Source: a virus (lineage: Duplodnaviria > Caudoviricetes). Taken from it: a stretch of 29,927 nucleotides of DNA. Position 1 is the stretch's first letter. The number at the start of each line of letters is the position of its first letter. The notes below the pieces were generated by a model. That model was given only the letters and a program-made list of their open reading frames with translations. It made no database searches and had not been told where the DNA came from. The stretch lies in IMG/VR virus record IMGVR_UViG_3300020568_000017, positions 1 through 29,927 of that record. One strand, given 5' to 3'. Below, in pieces: positions 24,990 to 29,927 of this stretch. A program made the position numbers and the translations under genes.

Positions 24990-25798
24990 TACAGCCCCCA
25001 TTTTCGCGTTAGGTATGTCATGATCCGCGACCGCTCGGCGGTTGCAAGAATGGAAGACCGCGAATACATAAGGATTTCGCAGATCACGCCGTTCAGCCCG
25101 AACGACTGTGATGTCGGCGACAGGCTGCCGATGGCTAGGTTTCGTTCCGGGGCACCGGTCGCGGGAGTTCCTCCGCCCGCCGTAATTGCCGTCGATGACG
25201 CACCGGCATTGTTTGTCACTAGCACCCGATCAGCCGCCGTGGCGTTGTTCAGGTCGCCTACGATTTCAACGGCCCGCATGACATTAGCGGTCTGGCTGCC
25301 CATATTGCGAGTGATAACAAAGTTTCCCGCGTTAGTCGTTGTGACTTCCGCGCGGACGTTGTTGGCGGCCAGCGTTCCGAAGTCATGCCACAAGTAAAAC
25401 GAACGCACGCCCTGCGCGGAACTGCCCGTAGATAACAGCGTGCGGATCGCACCCGAAGCCGCCCGCCAGACAACGAACACGGCATACGGCTGGACGCCAT
25501 CATGCAGGAATGACCAAGTAGTGCTGGCCTCGTCAGACGCGAGCCGCCGCGAGCCGTCGAACGTGAGGCAGTTCTTGCCACTCTGGCCGGCGAGCGTGTA
25601 TTCCGGCTGGGCTCCGGCGGTCGATTGGCTGAAATGCCGATTGTTGCCAGACAGGTCGCGCCACTGCGAGACGTTGCCAGAGTTGAGCGTAACCGACGAC
25701 GACACTGAGCCGTCCAGCCAGAGGGCCAAGCCGCTGATGCTCTTGGGGTTGAACCCGCTCGCCGTGGGCCGCAGCAGCCTCGGATTCATGGCACACAT
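24989..25798 (-). CDS. LamG/ConA-like jelly-roll protein (possible virion appendage)
   Basis: GLALWLDGS...VSQWRDLSGNNRH...GVICEILMY...IMTYLTRKWG. Confidence 0.75.
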   Translation of the reverse strand: MCAMNPRLLRPTASGFNPKSISGLALWLDGSVSSSVTLNSGNVSQWRDLSGNNRHFSQSTAGAQPEYTLAGQSGKNCLTFDGSRRLASDEASTTWSFLHDGVQPYAVFVVWRAASGAIRTLLSTGSSAQGVRSFYLWHDFGTLAANNVRAEVTTTNAGNFVITRNMGSQTANVMRAVEIVGDLNNATAADRVLVTNNAGASSTAITAGGGTPATGAPERNLAIGSLSPTSQSFGLNGVICEILMYSRSSILATAERSRIMTYLTRKWGL

Positions 25799-25836
25799 GG
25801 AAGAGTCTCTGTCTCTAGAGTGGTGATGTGAAGTCG

Positions 25837-26115
25837 TTAGTTCGTGCCGGGTTCCGGCTCGCTCGCGTCCACAGTCCGCAAGCCATGCACGGGCTTCCCC
25901 GACTGTATCGAGAGCAGCAACCGCGTCTGGTCGCCAATCGCGTCCGCAATCTCACGCTGCGTCTCGCGCACTTCCTTCAGCGTCAGCCGGTGCTCTTCGA
26001 GCAAGGGCAGCAACAAATCCTGACGGATGAAAAACGCCAGACCAAGCGCCACGAGCGTGGGGAAGCCCCATCGCTCCATGATGCCCAGCATCGTGTCTTT
26101 CGTTTCGGTGGTCAT
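25837..26115 (-). CDS. Holin-like single-TM protein
   Basis: ERWGFPTLVALGLAFFI followed by a charged coiled coil; ATGA coupling. Confidence 0.5.
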   Translation of the reverse strand: MTTETKDTMLGIMERWGFPTLVALGLAFFIRQDLLLPLLEEHRLTLKEVRETQREIADAIGDQTRLLLSIQSGKPVHGLRTVDASEPEPGTN

Positions 26116-26474
26116 CGCGTCAACTCCTGCTGCCAGATCAGAATGCGTACCCGATTGATCCGTGCATCGAGCCACCATCGCAGGATGAGTTGCACCACGA
26201 TCGAGGCGACGGCCTGGAGCACGAGTGCCCAGAAGAATCCGTACTCTTGCGGATCGTCCTTGTCACTCACGATCTGGTAGCCCCGCTTGACGCTCTTCAG
26301 CACTTCCTCGGTCACGATCGCTTGCTGATCGGCACTCACCGCGTGCGTGTACGCCTCGCTCTCCCAGTGCTGTACCGCGAGCTCGGTGAAATCGTCGATC
26401 ACCTGACGGCCCACGAGGTGCCGCCGGATGCCGACGTTTCGCCAGACCCAGAGCTTCAGATCCGCGACCGTCAT
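26112..26474 (-). CDS. Hypothetical membrane protein
   Basis: C-terminal YGFFWALVLQAVASIVVQLILRWW segment; ATGA coupling. Confidence 0.65.
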   Translation of the reverse strand: MTVADLKLWVWRNVGIRRHLVGRQVIDDFTELAVQHWESEAYTHAVSADQQAIVTEEVLKSVKRGYQIVSDKDDPQEYGFFWALVLQAVASIVVQLILRWWLDARINRVRILIWQQELTR

Positions 26475-26776
26475 CGCGAGCCCTCCGCGACCAGCGGCAC
26501 GAAGATCGCAGGGTGAAGAACAGACCGGGCTTCTTTCCCGGTGCCGTTGCACTCGGGGCATGTCATCACGATTCGCCCATCGCCGATCTTCCCGGTGCCG
26601 TTGCAGTTCGAGCATTCGCCCGCGTCGGGCGTGGGGGCGGGCGGGGCGACCGGGCTGGCGATCACCATGCGGGCAGTCTCAACCGCGAGATCCGCCGAGA
26701 TGCTGGGATCGTCTGGCAGCGAAGCGACGCAGCCTATCGACGCGACCATGAACACGATGAGCCAGCGAAACATCAC
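26471..26776 (-). CDS. Putative lipoprotein with DnaJ-type CxxCxGxG zinc finger
   Basis: Signal MMFRWLIVFMVASIGC; CSNCNGTG and CPECNGTG. Confidence 0.7.
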   Translation of the reverse strand: MMFRWLIVFMVASIGCVASLPDDPSISADLAVETARMVIASPVAPPAPTPDAGECSNCNGTGKIGDGRIVMTCPECNGTGKEARSVLHPAIFVPLVAEGSR

Positions 26777-27711
26777 AGGATTCCTTCCAGCCAGTTCTCT
26801 GGCAGCGTAGTCGGCTTGAAGCCGGTGAAACCCGCGAGGGCATAGGAGTCACCGCCCTTGCACATCGAGTCGATCACCTCGGCATCGACCCAGCCCGCCG
26901 ACTTCTGAAATGCCTCGGGGAGCCGCGAGTCAACCGGCCCGGAGTAACAGTTGCCCCACGAGTTCGCGACGAGCAACGCAGGGCGATCGACACGCAGCGA
27001 GCACGCCATCATGCAATGTGCCCAGGTGCCAGCGGGCGTGAGCCATCCACCGCCGAGCGATCCGCGATCCGCGAACCGCATACTGAAGCCCCTCATGCTG
27101 CACAGGGACACGCTGAAGCCGTTGCTGATCGCTTTCGCACAATCGTCAAACGACTTGACGAGCGTGACCTCGGAGCACCGCCGCAGCTTCGCGTATGGCT
27201 CCAGTTCGTCGGGCATTCCATCCCGACCCCACGCTTTCTCCTGCGTGCCGGTGAACTGGCGATCGAACCGAACACTGCCGTATTGCTGCCCGTAATGCAG
27301 CACGCCCCAATCTCTGACAGCCTTCGCGGCATGGAATCCGGTCGAGCCGTCGCCGCCTGGAGCCGACGTTCGCCCGCGAGCCTCCACCCGGCTTACGGCG
27401 TAGACCGACGCCTCGATCGTGCGACCGCCCCAGACCTCGGGCTCCTTGCGTAGCACGATGTCGCACGCGGCGAGGATGTCCACGCTCATCGCGAAGCCCC
27501 AGCCCACACACGAGCCGATCGGCTGGCTACCCCGCTTCCACGAGGGCGAGCACGCGAGCAACGCCCGCTCTAGATGAACGTCGGTCTTCGCCGCCTGGAG
27601 ATCCGGCCCGGCTTCCGCGAGCGTCGGGTGCGGGAGTGAGGCGACGAACGCCGCCGAGCCCTCGGGGTCGGGCGTGTAGCCGAACAACGGCAGGAAAGCC
27701 TCACCCGCCAT
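26773..27711 (-). CDS. Papain-like cysteine peptidase (C1 family)
   Basis: Q-PIGSCVGWG (oxyanion Gln, catalytic Cys), WAHCM (His), ANSWG (Asn). Confidence 0.85.
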   Translation of the reverse strand: MAGEAFLPLFGYTPDPEGSAAFVASLPHPTLAEAGPDLQAAKTDVHLERALLACSPSWKRGSQPIGSCVGWGFAMSVDILAACDIVLRKEPEVWGGRTIEASVYAVSRVEARGRTSAPGGDGSTGFHAAKAVRDWGVLHYGQQYGSVRFDRQFTGTQEKAWGRDGMPDELEPYAKLRRCSEVTLVKSFDDCAKAISNGFSVSLCSMRGFSMRFADRGSLGGGWLTPAGTWAHCMMACSLRVDRPALLVANSWGNCYSGPVDSRLPEAFQKSAGWVDAEVIDSMCKGGDSYALAGFTGFKPTTLPENWLEGIL

Positions 27712-27714
27712 CGC

Positions 27715-28326
27715 TCACCCCCCGTTCACGCCAGCCCACGCCACGGCTCTCGCAAACGCGGCGTAGCGGTCGCGGATGTCCTTGGTGACCGGAACCTCGT
27801 CCGTGCCCACCGCTGCCCCGTAGGCGGCTTCCAGAGCCTTCCTGAGCGGTTCGTTGCTGCCCGGCTCGTGCCGCCCGATCCGCCGCCATGCGATGTCGAG
27901 AGCCAACCCGGTGAACGCCTGGAGGCTGCGGGTATCGGTGAACGCCGCCTCGCGGGCGGTCGCATCCCCAGCCACCACGATCGCCGCCTTGCTCCACGTC
28001 GATGCCCAGAGCATCCGATCGCCAGCCGGCAGGGATCGCAGAGCGGCGGCGACGGGGGCGACCAGCGTCTTCATCTCGGCACTCGGTTCCTCGACCTCGA
28101 CCGCCGGCACGGCGGGCACCTCAAACGACGGCATGGGGATCTTGCCCCACGCTGCCGCCACGATCAGCCCGGCGGCGGCGAGCCTCCCGAGGATGTTGGC
28201 GTGGGCCTTGGCGGCAGCGACTCCCGCTTCGAGAGCGTCAGCCACCACACGCCAATAGGGCGCGGCCAGGATCGCCACGGCTGCGACGGCTGCGAGGGAG
28301 CGTAGGAGTGTTTCACGATCCATCAC
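27715..28326 (-). CDS. Membrane-anchored hypothetical protein
   Basis: Two N-terminal hydrophobic segments then a helical domain. Confidence 0.7.
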   Translation of the reverse strand: MMDRETLLRSLAAVAAVAILAAPYWRVVADALEAGVAAAKAHANILGRLAAAGLIVAAAWGKIPMPSFEVPAVPAVEVEEPSAEMKTLVAPVAAALRSLPAGDRMLWASTWSKAAIVVAGDATAREAAFTDTRSLQAFTGLALDIAWRRIGRHEPGSNEPLRKALEAAYGAAVGTDEVPVTKDIRDRYAAFARAVAWAGVNGG

Positions 28327-28631
28327 TTCACGCCTGCAAGCCCGAGACAGAACCGAACGAGAGCCTCGCCTTCCTTGGTCTTCGCGACCTCGGCGAGATG
28401 CCGAACGAGCTGATCGTCAACCTGGGAGTCGGTCTTGCTCGCGAGCCACTCGGCAGCCTCGCCCACGATCAGACCCTTCTGGTACGGGTCGATCGTGTTC
28501 ACGAACTTCTGCCCGTAGGCGAGCAGTGGGCTCCACGTCTGCAACAGGCGGATCGCCTGCCAGATGTTGAGCGTGTTGCCGTACTCGGCCGCTTCGGCCG
28601 GGGTCATCTCATACGCGGGCATGGTTGGCAC
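28323..28631 (-). CDS. Hypothetical protein
   Basis: 102 aa, coupled to the downstream gene; KTDSQVDDQLV motif. Confidence 0.65.
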   Translation of the reverse strand: MPTMPAYEMTPAEAAEYGNTLNIWQAIRLLQTWSPLLAYGQKFVNTIDPYQKGLIVGEAAEWLASKTDSQVDDQLVRHLAEVAKTKEGEALVRFCLGLAGVK

Positions 28632-28639
28632 TCCGGGGG

Positions 28640-28894
28640 CTATCCCTCCGGTGTACCACCTTCGTCGCCCGAACTTGCAGTCGGGAAGTTGATGAGCTCG
28701 TTCAGCGAGTCATAGACCAGCGAGTACACATCCTTCGCTTCCTCGTGGCATTCCTTTCGCTCCAACTTGTAAGGCTGTTTGAACGACTCCTCATCAATGA
28801 GCTTCCCAGCCCCGTCTGTGATGTAGGCGTAGGCGTACCGCAGGCCGAACTCGACCACGATCCGCCGCTCCACATAGTCGGGCAGGCTTTTCAC
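28640..28894 (-). CDS. Acidic hypothetical protein (MKSLPDYVERRIVVEFG...)
   Basis: GTGA overlap with the upstream stop, GGGGGAG SD. Confidence 0.6.
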   Translation of the reverse strand: MKSLPDYVERRIVVEFGLRYAYAYITDGAGKLIDEESFKQPYKLERKECHEEAKDVYSLVYDSLNELINFPTASSGDEGGTPEG

Positions 28895-29298
28895 CACTCC
28901 CCCTCGGCTGGTTCGTCCACCAGATCGCGGGCTTCGTCGGGCGTGGCGAACCGTGCCAGCCGGAACGGCTCGGGCTTCACCGCTTGCCGCTCGGCCCAAT
29001 CGGCGGGCGTCCATGTGGCATGTACCACCGTCACCCGCTCGGCGACCATCGGGGCGAGGTCGAGGCTCGACTCGCTGGCGGCGAGTTCGTCGGCGTCGGG
29101 GTCGAGCAGCCGCTCATCTCGGCTCGGCTTGTAGCGTCGCTTGCGATCGTTGCGGGGAGGGAGTTCCCACGCGACGCGGAGCCGCACGAGTTGGTGGACT
29201 GTAATCGTGAAATGCTGGCAGATGGCTCCCATCGGAAGATAGGAGTCCCAAAGAACGCGGAGCGTGGTCGCGTCAATCGTTGCTGTCTTGCCCGCCAT
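28891..29298 (-). CDS. Hypothetical protein, possible N-terminal HTH
   Basis: LRVLWDSYLPMGAICQHFTITVHQLVRLRVAWELPPR. Confidence 0.6.
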   Translation of the reverse strand: MAGKTATIDATTLRVLWDSYLPMGAICQHFTITVHQLVRLRVAWELPPRNDRKRRYKPSRDERLLDPDADELAASESSLDLAPMVAERVTVVHATWTPADWAERQAVKPEPFRLARFATPDEARDLVDEPAEGEW

Positions 29299-29927
29299 TC
29301 GGCACCCAGAAGGAGACCGCCCGGCTCGATGGGTTCAAGCCCAGCCGGTAGTGCTCGTCATTCCACAGTCTCCCCTGCTCTGCAATCGAACGGTGCAGCA
29401 CAACGTGCTCACAGTCGGCACCGCCGTACTTGCCCGAGAGGTACGGGCCAGCACGATAGACCGCCAACTGCCCGAACGCGGAGTTGAACTCAACCGGCGG
29501 CGAGCCCACGGCGGGATGCCAATGGTGAAACCATTGCTGATCGCGTCGCTCCCAGTGATTGAGCCTCGCGGCGAACGCGTCATAGTGCGCCGCCACCGGG
29601 CCGATCGCGGTGTTCATCTCGCACCACGAGTAAGACGCCAGCCCGTACCACGAATGGTCGAGCGAGAGCCACGCGATCGAGTTCATCACACCGTCGATGC
29701 TGAAGCCGCCCCAAGGATCGGTGTCGAACACGATCACATAGTCAACCGGCTCGCGGTGTCGCACCCAGTGCTGGCATTGCTCGCGGTATTCGGCAAGGGC
29801 GACCGTCCGCTCCTGGGCGATCGTGTGAGAAAGGTGCGGACGGTGGTTGATGTTCAGCGAAACTTTGCGCCGGTCGCCGTCAGCCCACGCCGCGAGAACT
29901 TCCTTCGTGCCGTCGGTCGAATCGTTC
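29273..29927 (-). CDS. GT-A glycosyltransferase (GT2/CAP59-like), 5' end outside the window
   Basis: Frame is open to the window edge: NDSTDGT...ERTVALAEYRE...YVIVFDTD (DxD)...FNSAFGQLAVY...DCEHVVLH. Confidence 0.75.
   Translation of the reverse strand, partial: NDSTDGTKEVLAAWADGDRRKVSLNINHRPHLSHTIAQERTVALAEYREQCQHWVRHREPVDYVIVFDTDPWGGFSIDGVMNSIAWLSLDHSWYGLASYSWCEMNTAIGPVAAHYDAFAARLNHWERRDQQWFHHWHPAVGSPPVEFNSAFGQLAVYRAGPYLSGKYGGADCEHVVLHRSIAEQGRLWNDEHYRLGLNPSSRAVSFWVPNGGQDSND

Noticed and set aside
28321-28337. GTGAAGTGATG junction resembling the PPEVK repeat
   Set aside because: Only the 11-nt stop/start part matches, without the GGAGG/PP portion; consistent with ordinary translational coupling
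1260-29298. Two genes both starting MAGKT (1281 and 29298)
   Set aside because: Similarity is limited to about 15 nt; probably coincidence
1-29927. Integrase (IntI), reverse transcriptase/DGR, tRNA or rRNA genes
   Set aside because: No tyrosine-recombinase RHRY motifs, no RT YxDD domain or TR/VR pair, and no tRNA or rRNA structure recognisable by eye

Overview
A 30-kb segment of a GC-rich, HK97-fold long-tailed phage (or prophage) genome. Every credible gene is on the minus strand. Read in transcription order (right to left): a GT-A glycosyltransferase, a block of membrane proteins with a papain-like (C1) cysteine peptidase, a Zn-finger lipoprotein and a holin-like gene, a LamG-like protein, and an accessory region of small ORFs (about 20.0-24.6 kb). 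Then come HNH, terS, terL, portal (fused to a HAD-like and a Tudor-like domain), prohead protease, major capsid, a second glycosyltransferase inside the head-neck cluster, neck and tail genes with a -1 frameshifted chaperone, tape measure, tail-tip genes, an HExxH protein and a calcineurin-like phosphoesterase. The standout signal is an integron-type cassette array inside the phage accessory region (about 21.85-23.94 kb): an attI-like site plus four well-formed attC sites on the + strand. The core sites are complementary across each cassette, there is no integrase in the window, and all cassette ORFs are antisense to the attC polarity. Stop codons sit in the R' boxes, and in two cases the RBS and start codon lie inside the attC loop. 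Directly beside it is a second gene-shuffling signature, four small genes joined by a repeated 'PPEVK*-M' boundary sequence. All calls are by eye from motifs and synteny; no database searches were run.
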